Of a DNA stretch of 64,000 nt, positions 20,708 to 30,815 are shown piece after piece. Below the pieces are notes generated by a model. The model had not been told where the DNA came from, made no database searches, and saw only the letters and a list, made by a program, of their open reading frames with translations. The position numbers were made by a program, and so were the translations under genes. Every line of letters starts with the position of its first letter. Positions within the stretch are counted from its first letter, which is position 1. Source of the DNA: Cenarchaeum sp. (GTDB taxonomy: Archaea > Thermoproteota > Nitrososphaeria > Nitrososphaerales > Nitrosopumilaceae); assembly GCA_965242695.1 (NCBI GenBank), contig CBDESU010000001.1:1280001-1344000 (forward strand). The letters run 5' to 3'.

Positions 20708-21210
20708 TCGCCACGGGGCGGAGGGGGCCCGCGTATCGGAGGTCTCCACGCATTGCCCGCTCCTCTCCCCCCATCCCACATGCACAGCACTGTCCAAGGG
20801 CCGCAACACAGGGTGCCGGCCGCGGCTTCCTAGCGGCATCCCCGATCGGCATGCTGCGGGCGATCGGTGGGAATATAGGGCGGCCGCCGGGCGACGGGGC
20901 GGGACACGATGGCATCAAGTACACGGGAAGGCGCCCGCAAAGGGGCGCATGCGAGGGACGACGGGGCGTCGGGCGGACGGCGCGGCAGGGATGCCGCATC
21001 GCCCGGAACGCCGGGCGCTGTGCGGCTCGCGATCGCACATCTCCTTTGGATGTCGCCCGGATGCCGCATCGCCAGGAGCTCCGGGCGCTGTGTGGCCTGC
21101 TGGCCGCCCCGCCTGGCCGGGCGCATCGGCGGCATCGGGCGCCGCCGCGGCCGCAGGCCCGCATCCCGCGGGGGCGCCGCCGCCCCGCGGCCACGGAGGT
21201 TCGAGGCCGC

Positions 21211-22863
21211 ATGAGGGGGCCCTTTGACGTGAGGCGCTCCGACCTGGAAAGGCACGGAGGCGAGGCCGCAGTCGACCTCGTCGGGGACATCGTGCGAATG
21301 GATGCGATCGAGTCGGGGATCGGACTGAACCTTGTCAACATGCCGGCGCCCACACGCGCCGGCGGATCCTGGCGGATCGACGGCGAAGTCGACGGCGCCG
21401 CCATCGACGGCAGGTACGGGATAGTCAAGAGGGGGATCACCAGGTACATGGTAAGGTCCGAGAGGCGCAGGCCAAGCAGATCGTCCATGGAGAAGATGCT
21501 GCTGGCGGGGCCCGGGGAGGTAAAGAGTGGGATCAGGCGCTGCCTCGACAGCGGCGGGACTCTGGTCGTGGCCCTTGCAGGGTGGGACGATCCCCGCGCC
21601 GCAGAGTCGGAGGCCGCCGACGGGTTCAGGGAGGTGCTGAAATGCGCATCGGGCACGTACGGGACGGCCAGTGTCGAGGTCTGGAGCCAGAACACCATAA
21701 TTGGTTTCCTAGAGAGCCTGCCCGCCCTGCGGCTCGAGGTGACGTCCGCCCCCCGCGGCTCGTACTACACACTCGACGAGTGGTCGGGGCATGCCGACAT
21801 GGGCATGACGCTGCACCTCGGTGCCGGGCAGAGAGGGTTTGTCGACGACCTGCGGGGCCGCATCCGCGGCGGCTCCGGCCCCGCTCATGTCAGGGTGCTG
21901 GGCGAGCCCGGCATCGGAAAGACCCGCCTCGTGCTAGAGGCCTGCAGGGCCCCCGACATCGCGAGGCTCGTCGTGTACGTCGAGGAGCCGGCGCGCCTGG
22001 AGGGCGGCGGCCTTCTCGCATGGCTCGCGGGCCGGATCTCGGACGGCGGAGGGGCCGTACTGGTAGTCGACGAGTGCGACCGCTGGGCGGGCGAGCGCAT
22101 CTGGAGCGCGGTCAGGCAGCACGGCCCGCGCGCAAGGTTGGTCACCTTGCACAACGAGCCCGGCGAGGGCGGCCGCGTGGGGCGGGAAGTCGCGAGGGTG
22201 CCGCCGCTGCCTGGTGCAGAGGTAGGCCGGATACTGTCAGAGTACGGCATCGCCGGGCCAGAGTGTCTGAAGTGGACAGATCTCTGCGCGCCGTCCCCCC
22301 GCGCGGCGCACATGGTAGGGGAGAGCCTGGCGCAGGACCGCGGCAACCCGTTCATGGAATCGGACATCGTAAGCGGCTGGGAGAGGCTCACGGCAAGCAG
22401 GCCGGCGATCGACTCGCCCGAGCACAAGTCCAGAAAGGCCGTGCTGTCGTGGCTGAGCATATTCGGGGGGTTTGTGTACGACGGCGGGCGCGGGGAGGAG
22501 TACGAGGCGATCCGCGGCCTGGTCCGCAGGTTCGAGGACATGCGCAGCGGCGAGTTTCGCAGGATCGTGGAAGAGTCGAGGAGGATGGGAATATTGAGAG
22601 GGTCGCATACGCTGCGCATAGCGCCAAAGGTGCTGAGCGTCTACCTATGCCGCGACTGGTGGAGGACGTACGGCGACTTCGACCTGCCCGAGGTCCTCAA
22701 AGTCATAGGGCGGCCCGAGGAGGGAGGAGGTGCACGGGGCGGGGATGCGCAGGGCCTGGCTGGGCGGCTCTGCCGCACGGTCTGCTACGCGGGCGATCCG
22801 GAGGCGGCCGGCAGGGCGCTCCGGACGGCGCTCGATGCGGACGGCCTCCCTGCAGGGGAGTAG
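21211..22863 (+). CDS. STAND-like P-loop NTPase with a possibly degenerate N-terminal nuclease-like domain; probably C-terminally truncated
   Basis: Walker A 'GEPGIGKT', Walker B 'AVLVVDECD'. N-terminal 'IDGEV...YMVRS' resembles a decayed PD-(D/E)xK motif. ATG at 21211 chosen over the longer ORF. Confidence 0.65.
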   Translation: MRGPFDVRRSDLERHGGEAAVDLVGDIVRMDAIESGIGLNLVNMPAPTRAGGSWRIDGEVDGAAIDGRYGIVKRGITRYMVRSERRRPSRSSMEKMLLAGPGEVKSGIRRCLDSGGTLVVALAGWDDPRAAESEAADGFREVLKCASGTYGTASVEVWSQNTIIGFLESLPALRLEVTSAPRGSYYTLDEWSGHADMGMTLHLGAGQRGFVDDLRGRIRGGSGPAHVRVLGEPGIGKTRLVLEACRAPDIARLVVYVEEPARLEGGGLLAWLAGRISDGGGAVLVVDECDRWAGERIWSAVRQHGPRARLVTLHNEPGEGGRVGREVARVPPLPGAEVGRILSEYGIAGPECLKWTDLCAPSPRAAHMVGESLAQDRGNPFMESDIVSGWERLTASRPAIDSPEHKSRKAVLSWLSIFGGFVYDGGRGEEYEAIRGLVRRFEDMRSGEFRRIVEESRRMGILRGSHTLRIAPKVLSVYLCRDWWRTYGDFDLPEVLKVIGRPEEGGGARGGDAQGLAGRLCRTVCYAGDPEAAGRALRTALDADGLPAGE

Positions 22864-23105
22864 AGCCGCATGCGGCAAGGCGCCCCGGCCGCCTGCCGCG
22901 GCGCCGAGCGGGGCCGCCCGCAACACCGCCCTTTCGCGCGCAGTAGAGCGGCCGGAATGCTGGCGCCGAAGCCCAGGCATCTCAAGGAGGCACGGGAGGC
23001 GATGCGCGGCCCCGAGCGCGTCGTCAGGCATGCCGGCCGCGCTGCCGGATCCGATGCCGCTGCACAGCGCCGCCCCGTGGATGAGTCCCACGGGGCTATG
23101 CTAAT

Positions 23106-23945
23106 ATGCACACCGGGAGGCGCCAAGCCGTGGAATACGCAACGCGAAAAGATGCGACGCATGCCGGTCCCGCGCCTGGCGGGCAGTGCGATCTCGGCTG
23201 CACGGTACGCCCGGCCGCAAGCTCGCGCGACGGCCCCGGCACAGCCAACGCCCCTCCCTTGCCAGGGCCGCACGAAAGGCTCACCGAGGATCAAATGGGC
23301 GGGAGGTTTGGAGTTCCGCCGTTTGGCGGCATACGGACAAGCAAGACGTCGACCGACATAATTCTTGTCAGCCGCGCAGACGTTCCCACCAGCCGCGACG
23401 ACAAGGACTCGGCTAAATACATCTACTATGATGGCTATTCCGAAGGACGCGCCGGCCAGATGTCGGACTGGCGCAACAGGGCGCTGAGTGAATCGAGAAG
23501 AAACGCCAGCCGCGTGTTGTTTTTTGTCAAGGAGCACGGCAAGCTTGCATTCCACGGCCGTGTCGAATGCGTGGGGTGGGAGTACAAGGACGATATGGCC
23601 CGCGGCAGAGTAGCCACCTTCAAGCTGAGGAGGGTCGACGACACAGCGGCGCAGACATCCGGTCCTGCAAGGTATGCCACTGCAGTGAGCATCGTTGAGG
23701 ATGAAGATGGCTGGTACGTTGCCACCGCACCCGCGCTGCAGGGCTGCATATCCCAGGGCGAGACGAGGGCAAAGGCCCGGGAAAACCTCGAGGAGGCCAT
23801 ATCGCTGTACCTAGAGCACATTTTGGAAACAGGCGAGGCGCTTCCTCCCAGCCTGGCTACGGCCTTTGGCGTTGCGGACATCAACGTGGTAGGCGAGAGC
23901 GTCAGCGCAAAAATCAACGCCGTGTCGGGATGCATGCAGACGTGA
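23106..23945 (+). CDS. SRA-like domain fused to a HicB antitoxin domain
   Basis: N-part 'GGIRTS...IILVS...YIYYDG...GQM...NRAL...VLFFVK'. C-part 'EDEDGWYVATAPALQGCISQGETRAKARENLEEAISLYLE' is a canonical HicB motif. Confidence 0.75.
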   Translation: MHTGRRQAVEYATRKDATHAGPAPGGQCDLGCTVRPAASSRDGPGTANAPPLPGPHERLTEDQMGGRFGVPPFGGIRTSKTSTDIILVSRADVPTSRDDKDSAKYIYYDGYSEGRAGQMSDWRNRALSESRRNASRVLFFVKEHGKLAFHGRVECVGWEYKDDMARGRVATFKLRRVDDTAAQTSGPARYATAVSIVEDEDGWYVATAPALQGCISQGETRAKARENLEEAISLYLEHILETGEALPPSLATAFGVADINVVGESVSAKINAVSGCMQT

Positions 23946-24180
23946 GAATGCCGGTCGTCTCCGGGAGGAACATGGTCAGGGTACGGGGGCGGGTATGCTT
24001 CAAACCGGCACGGTGAAAAGGCAATCACCTAATACTGATGCATGGAGATCCCATCTCATCCTCCCCACCTCACCCCAACTCGCCGAATCACGGTTACAAA
24101 GCATCCCGAGATAAAGCGCGGCATGGTGTGCGAGTTCATAAGAGAAGGCTGGGCCGAGCAGGGACGGCGTCCTTGACCTG
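23942..24180 (+). pseudogene. hicA: HicA toxin pseudogene
   Basis: GTGA overlap with the HicB stop. Reads 'MRMPVVSGRNMVRVRGRVCFKPAR*KGNHLILMH', then in another frame 'RITVTKHPEIKRGMVCEFIRE': an internal TGA plus a frameshift. Confidence 0.7.
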
Positions 24181-24550
24181 TACCGTATGCATCAGCGCCC
24201 GGGACGGGCAAAATCTAGTATGACCCGCATGGCATGGCAGGCACTCCGCGCCCGCGTCGTGATCGATACCCAGCATGGACGGCCCAAAAGGATCCGACGA
24301 GTGCCGTGGCGCCAAGCCCGCAGCCGAGGGATCGCCCGGCAGGCCCGGGGGGCCCAGCGCACAGCTGTCCAGTACCAGGTTCGCGGTATACAGAGCGCCC
24401 GCCCCTCCCGCAACCTGCAGGATAATGACCACAGAGGCTTGGACAGGCATCTGCTGCCGCGTGCCGCAAGCTGTCGGCGGCAAGGCCCGCGGCGGCCGTC
24501 CCGTAAGACTCCTACAAGGTTTTATAAGACGGCGGTTTGCGGTGTCGGCA

Positions 24551-24781
24551 ATGGCGGACATGGGAGAGATCAAGGCTGTTCACATCGCCGATCTCGCAGA
24601 CATCCTCGGCAGGCACGGACAGCTTGAAGATTTTGAGTGTGGTCGGATGACCTGCTCCGTGTGCTCCGACACGATAACCCTGGACAACGCGGGTAGCCTG
24701 CGGTTCATTGACGGCAAGCTCGTCTTTGCATGCCGCAAGTTCTCATGCCATGACGAGATGGTCAGAATCGCTGCACGTTAG
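24551..24781 (+). CDS. Small Cys4 zinc-binding protein
   Basis: 'CSVC...CRKFSC'. TTTATAA box ~25 nt upstream. Confidence 0.7.
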   Translation: MADMGEIKAVHIADLADILGRHGQLEDFECGRMTCSVCSDTITLDNAGSLRFIDGKLVFACRKFSCHDEMVRIAAR

Positions 24782-24804
24782 CCGACCCTCAGAGGTGATG
24801 TTCC

Positions 24805-27354
24805 CTGTCAAGCGTCGAAGCGATCATCGAGGGGCTGAAGGGGGAAGCAGGCTGGGTTGTAGCTACAGGGCCAGTCAACCCAACTCTGGGCGTTGACGGT
24901 GGGTTGAGCCCCTCGATCTTTTTGTATTAGATCTGCATCCGCGGCAAAAATTATCCAGATCAATCGTCTGTCCTAAAAGTATGACTTAAGATGAAAAGAT
25001 CTATAAGTACCCGCGCGGGCGGCCCCCCGGAGTGGCGCAGAAATGGAGGCCGCGCAGGGTCGGCGGCGGGAAAAAAAGGATCTCACAAAGTCCCAGCGAA
25101 AGTTCATGGGGAAAAAGTCGACCAGGAAGATGTCGCAAAAGTTCGGGCAGATCAGGAAGGCCGGCTTTGCCATCAAGAAGATGACCGACAAAATGACCGA
25201 GGGGGAGCAGTTCGTGGACTTTTCCGGCGACTCGCGGGCAAAGTACGGCGCCCGAGTTCCACAAGAACACGCTCAACGGGACACTCCTCAACGCATCGAG
25301 CACCACCTGCGCCGAGCTGTCCAAGATCAAGGCAAAGGAGGAGGGCGGCAGGTCTAGCGGCTGCGAGTGGCAGCGCCTCAAGATCAACTCGGCCGACGAC
25401 GAGCGCAGCATGCGCGTGCTCGAGAACGAGGCGCGCGAGACGATCGAGCGGCTGCGGCGCGACGGCCGCCTGCCGCACACCCCCAACTTTGCCGTCGACA
25501 TACACGTTGAGGAGCGCTGGGACGGGGGACGCCTGGTCACGCGGGGCGTGTCCGAGGCGCAGGCCAAGATCAACAGGGAGGCGCGCAGGCGCATTGCAAA
25601 GGAGAGGGGGCTTGTCAGGTCGAAGTCTAGGCGTGGAACGACCTACTTTGAGGCGTACATCGTGCTGCAGTGCGTCGACAAGGGGGTGCAGATCGTGGTG
25701 GCTTGCCTGCGCGTCGACGACCTGTCGAACCTTTCAAGGTTCATCCCCACCCTGGCAGACAAGATCAAGGCGCTGGGGATAAACCGCGCCAGGCTGCTCC
25801 TTGACAGGGAGTTCTTCAACGAGGCCGGCATATACGAGCTGATAAGGACAGGGTTCCGCTGGATCACGCCCTGCCGCAACACCCCGGCGGTCAAGAAGGC
25901 GCTCGCCAAGTTTGCCGAGACCGGAAAGAAGACGGGCGTCGTGCGCATGACCATCACGGGCGAGGACGGCAGGCAGTCCAAGTACTGGATGCGCATCGAG
26001 CTGCGCAAGAAGGGCGAGGAGGACGATGAGGACGGCGGAGGCTCGAGGAATGGCGGGAGGCTCGAGCCGCACGAGAGGTTCATCGGGTTCGCGGTCAGCC
26101 ACCGGTCCGCAAAGCCCCGCCACTACAAGAAGCGGTGGGGCATCGAGACGCGGTTCAAGATGGTGTCGAACAGGCGGAACAAGACGTCGAGCACCCTGCC
26201 GAACGCCCGGTTTCTCTGCTTCATCTACTCCCTGTTCGCCAGCAACGTGTGGGTCGTGATCAATTCCGTGTTCTGGCGGCGGCCGTCGGACTACGTTCCG
26301 CGGATATCGCTGGCGGCCGTGCTCTCCATGAGCGTCAGAATGCTGGAAATCCGCGAGCCAAAACCGCCCCCGTGAGGCCCAGAGTTGGGTTGACTGAGGG
26401 CTAGTCGGCATCCTCGTGTACTTCTTGAAGAATCCATCCAAGGTGGCGCAGTGGGCGTCCATGATCACGAGTATCCTTGAAAAGATCAGCAAGCGCGCTG
26501 CCCGACACAGCGCGGCGGTAGACATCCAAGGAAAAGTTGCGGCGTTCATAAAATCTGCCCACATGGACGTCATAATGCCGTACGGTCTCAAGATTAAGTG
26601 GATCGTAAAGGGTAATGATGAGTCATACACAGACAAATCTGATGTCGTGATAATTATGGAGTATCGTGTAAATAGCGACCGGAATTTTATCGTCGCCTCA
26701 CGTCACTACACATCAAGAGCGCTTTTGGCGAGCATTAGGCACGACTTGCCGCATGAGCTGATTGACGCGGCCGAACTTGTGGTGCAAGAAAATATGATCA
26801 GATCACAGCGCCCCAATGCGCTGGGCATATTCAAGGACGAGGTAGTCCCGACAACAATACAGGGTAACGAAACAACGCGACGCTTGCACAAGTCACTGTG
26901 CAGAGTGGACAGGCTTGGGTTCTTTGCCAACATTTTCCTCAACGAAATCACACTACGGGGAAAGGCCCTCTCAGATCTTGATGCAAACGCACTTGCTGAC
27001 GAGGTGCATAACTTGGCCATGTTCCTAGAAAGATTCTGGGACAGGGCATCAAGAGAGGATGTTCCGCTGACGTACAATGGCAAAGTGTTCAAAGTCAACA
27101 TAATCCTTGTTGCACGACCAGAAACAAAGGCAGAATTTGGCACGGATCCATATGTCAGCAGGGCAAAAAGGGCCTTGTCGCAGGGATTCCATTCCGTCTA
27201 CGTGACAGGAAGATCTGAAGATGGAGGGTTTATGATGCACGTCATAAAAGAGCTAAAAAACAACATGCCGGAAAAGTTCGTATGGGTGCGCAAGTATAGG
27301 TCAAGACGGCAGTCAGCAAGTTACGGTGCCACAATCGCGTTCTTCCAGCGCTAG
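24805..27354 (+). pseudogene. Membrane-anchored hypothetical protein interrupted by the ISH3-like element (body at 26416..27354)
   Basis: Removing the IS and one AGGGC copy fuses 'LSSVEAIIEGLKGEAGWVVATG' in frame with 'LVGILVYFLKNPSKVAQW'. SD-like GAGGTGA upstream; low-GC gene. Confidence 0.7.
24872..26396 (+). mobile_element. ISH3-family-like IS, copy A1; transposase frameshifted
   Basis: 20-bp terminal IRs CAGTCAACCCAACTCTGGGC and 5-bp target duplication AGGGC. DDE motifs 'FAVDIH', 'LLLDREF', 'YKKRWGIETRFK'. A 2-nt deletion near 25250 relative to the 61923 copy splits it into ORFs 25043..25357 and 25410..26375. Confidence 0.9.
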
Positions 27355-27711
27355 CAACCAGCGGAATCCGGTGGGCGGTACAATGTCCCATCACCCGTAG
27401 ACGCCACACGAGTGGCGGCCCGACTCGTGTAGCATTCGGCATACGCTGTCGCAGACCGAATGCGGCCCGTTATCCTACGGTAGACTCTGCGCCGTCTCGT
27501 CACGGCAGCAAGATCCACCATCGTGATACAGCTGTGCCGCCTACGCGACACGGCGCCGCCCCTTCCCGCCAGAGCGTAGACCGACCCGGCGGCAGGGAGG
27601 ACAACCCCTTGTCGTATGCAGTGCAGAGCGGGCGGGGCTAGCGGTAGAAGCACGGCGCGGCTCGACGCGGCATCGATAGAATCGAGAGTCAAAGCGCCGC
27701 ACCGCGCCGCC

Positions 27712-29121
27712 TCACGTCATCACCCTGAACCGCATCCCCCTCGCCTCGAGGCGGCGCACAGGCTCTTCGGCGTTGTCCCGCCCGTCCGTCTCGAGGCTGA
27801 GCGTCACCCCGGCCGATCCCGCGTCGATGTCGCGGCTGAACCGGTCGTGGACCACCTCCACTATGTTTGCGCGCGCGGACGTGATCTCGTCGACGACCTC
27901 CTTTAGCGCGCCAGGCCGGTCGGGCAGCAGTATGAAGACCTTTAGGAGGCGCCCCATCCGCGCAAGCCCCTTGTCGACGATCTGCCCGAGCAGGTACATG
28001 TCGACGTTGCCGCCTGCCAGGACGACTGCCACCTTCTTGCCCGGCGACGGCCTTGCGGCGAGCAGGTGCGCCAGCCCGACGGCTCCGGCCGGCTCGACGA
28101 CCGCCTTCATCCTCTCCATGAGCAGGAACATGGCCTCTATGATCTCCGAGTCGTCGACGAGCACGATGTCGTCGATCATGTCGCGTATTATGGAGAATGT
28201 GAGCTCGCCGGGCGCCTTTACGGATATGCCGTCGGCTATGGTCCTGGCAGGGGCCTGCCCGCCGGCGCCGCCCGCGGAGAGCGGCACGGGCCTGCCCGCG
28301 TCTAGCGAGCGCCTCATCGACGGGAACGAGCTGGACTGCACCCCGACGACCCGCACGTCAGAAGTTGAAAATGTACTCTGCCGGGCGCCGATCGCGGCCA
28401 GCAGGCGCCGATCGCGGCCAGCAGGCGCCGATCGCGGCCAGCAGGCGCCGATCGCGGCCAGCAGGCGCCGATCGCGGCATCGGCGCGGCCGCCCGCGCCC
28501 CCGTGCTCAAACGTCGGGGCGCCGCGCCTTTATCGCGATCAGCACCCCGGCGGCCAGGCCGCCCCCTCCGATCGGCACGTACACCTCGTCGACGTCGGGC
28601 AGGTCCTCGAGTATCTCCAGTCCGACCACCCCCTGGGCGGCGATCACGTGCGGGTCGTCAAAGGCATGCACTATGGTCGCGCCGGTCCGCTCTGATATCT
28701 CCCTGGCCCTGGCCCACGACTCCTCGTAGCTTGCCCCGTGCAGTACGACGGTAGCGCCGTACCCGCGCGTGGCGGCCACCTTTGCCGGCGAGGCCGACTG
28801 CGGCATCACTATCGTGCAGGGTATGCCCTCGGCCGAGGCCGCGTACGCGACGCCCTGCGCGTGGTTGCCGGCAGAGGCGGCCACGACGCCGTTGCGCCTC
28901 TCGGCCTCTGATAGCGAGCGCACCTTGTAGTAGGCGCCGCGTATCTTGAACGAGCCGGTCTTTTGCCGGTACTCGGCCTTTAGGTACACCTCCGAGCCGG
29001 TCATGCGGCTGAACATGGGCGAGTGCACGAGGTCGGTGCGGCGGATGTCGTCCGCCCCGCCGCCGCCCCGCCGCCCCGCCTCGGATGCGCGCACCACGTC
29101 GTCGTACGTCGGCCTCTGCAT
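27712..29121 (-). pseudogene. ilvA: Threonine ammonia-lyase with ACT domain, interrupted at 28359-28510 by an IS end fragment
   Basis: N-half 'QKTGSFKIRGA', 'SAGNHAQGV', 'PIGGGGL'. C-half 'TIADGISVK', 'VEPAGA', 'GGNVD', 'LPDRPGAL'. Confidence 0.9.
28359..28510 (+). mobile_element. 152-bp left-end remnant of the ISH3-like element found at 44032
   Basis: Starts with IR CAGAAGTTGAAAATGTA, carries the 20-bp tandem repeat, and is flanked by duplicated ACGT (28355-58 and 28511-14). Confidence 0.9.
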
Positions 29122-29349
29122 GCGCCGGCGGCGCGCCGCCAAACCTATTTTGCCCTTTGGGAAAGGCCGGGCGGGGGCGGGTGCTGCCGTGGGGCGCGGC
29201 CGCGCAGCCGCCCGGTGACGGCCCCGCCCGTGCGCATGGCAGGCTCGGCCGCCGCGTCGGATGCCCGCTCCGCCCGCTCCGCCGCGGCCCTCCCGGCGGG
29301 GGCGGCATCGCCGGGCCGCTCGCATGATGCTCGACGGCGGCCGGCACGA

Positions 29350-29770
29350 GAGTGTGCCGGCAAGGAAGTCCTAGACGAGGCGGACGGGAAGGGCGCGCCG
29401 GCCGCGATCGCCGCCGTCCTGTAGGCGCCGGAGCACCCGCGCGGCGACAAGTTCAGCGGATGCCAGGGTCGGCCGTGTTGCACGTCGCTCGGAATTCCGG
29501 CCGCGATCGACGGAAGGCCCCAGGCGGGCCCATGCCTGCGCATCCTGTCCCTGCTCGCGCACGGGGATTGCGGGACGGGGGCGGCCCCGAGCTTGATGGA
29601 ATAGTGTCGCGCCTGTGCGTGCGCCCGACAGAGGCCGCCGGCAATGGCGGCGCCGGGGCAGACGGCGGGCGAGCGCGCGAGCGCGCGCCCGAGCGCGCCG
29701 AGGCGCCGGCCATTCCCGCGCAGCCCGCCCCGTTTCGATCGCGGCCTTGCGGCGGGCGGGCGGCATTCAG
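29350..29770 (+). pseudogene. Degenerate duplicate of the 3' end of the 30816..32114 gene
   Basis: DNA similar to ~31720-32160 (e.g. GGGCCCATGCCTGCGCATCCTGTCCCTGCTCGCGCACG in both), with an in-frame TAG near 29422. Confidence 0.75.
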
Positions 29771-30148
29771 TTTGCCCCGCCCGGCCTGAACTCCGAGGGC
29801 GCGGAGGGCGATCATCCCGGCCGTCAAGACTTCCCGCCCCGCCCGGCAGTCGCCCGTACAGTGCAACTTTTCGTTCCCTCCCCTCCCCCCGCGTCAAGCT
29901 GCCCGCAAGCAATATAACTAGCAGTAGGCGCCGTGCGGCATTGCAAGTTGTCCAGAAAGCGAAGAATTGGTATGGCCGGCGCGGTTATTCGGTTCAGATG
30001 CACGGAAGGGATATCGGGTCCGCCGCGCCCGCCGCGCGTCGCAGCGCCCGCGCCCATGCGGCCCCAGCGAGTGCCGCAGGGCGCCTGCGGGTCGGCGCCC
30101 TGCGGGGGGAGGGACGGCGCCCGCCCTGCCTCACGGAGGTCCGCGCTG

Positions 30149-30814
30149 TTGACGCTGCTAGTGATAGGTAGCGCCAAGGACTGCATCCTGGCGCTCTCGG
30201 ACCGCAAGGAAAGCGTCGACCAATCCGATCCCAACGAAGTGACAAAGTGCCATCTGGGCGATACTGGAGAAATCTACGTGGCCCTTTCGGGCGACGGAGA
30301 GATGGCAAGGGGCACACTAGACGAGCTTGGGGTCCGCCGGCCCTCGGGAGGCAACGTCTTCAGGGAGATCGACAGGCTGGCGGCCGAGTTGTTCGCAAGG
30401 AGGCCTGAAGGGCAGGTGGCCGGCCACCTGATCCTGCCCGACGGCGGGGAGTTCAAGGTGTACACCATATCCATTGCATTTGGCATCCTAGTGTACGTCC
30501 AGAACTATGATCCCATCCATGTGGAAGGCGACATCGGGGCGGCCGCCATCTACAAGAACCTTGCGAGGGACCTGCACCTGGCTGACATGTCCTGCGAGAC
30601 CGCCGCCAGGTGCATGCATGCCATGGTGAGCCGCATCGCAGAGACGGTCGAAAGCGTAGGAAAGCACGGCCAGTACGGAATCGACGTGGTCGCATTCACG
30701 GCGGCAGGGGCCGCAATGCAGCTTCGGCGGCGCACGGACAGGATGGGGCATATCCGCGTCCAGTTTGAGCCGTCCGGCACGGGGCCGCTATTCGGCCCGG
30801 ACGGAGGGGCATAG
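30149..30814 (+). CDS. Proteasome-beta-like Ntn-hydrolase with predicted N-terminal Thr
   Basis: GGAGGT SD then TTG start gives 'MTLLVIGSAKDCILALSDRK...VTK...VALSG', ending 'YGIDVVAFTAAG'. It aligns by eye with psmB ('SEKR', 'K', 'AG', 'DGIDVMVI'). Confidence 0.65.
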   Translation: MTLLVIGSAKDCILALSDRKESVDQSDPNEVTKCHLGDTGEIYVALSGDGEMARGTLDELGVRRPSGGNVFREIDRLAAELFARRPEGQVAGHLILPDGGEFKVYTISIAFGILVYVQNYDPIHVEGDIGAAAIYKNLARDLHLADMSCETAARCMHAMVSRIAETVESVGKHGQYGIDVVAFTAAGAAMQLRRRTDRMGHIRVQFEPSGTGPLFGPDGGA

Positions 30815-30815
30815 C

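Noticed and set aside
25240-25260. Programmed frameshift in IS copy A1
   Set aside because: The sister copy at 62081 is a single ORF; the difference is a simple 2-nt deletion with no slippery motif.
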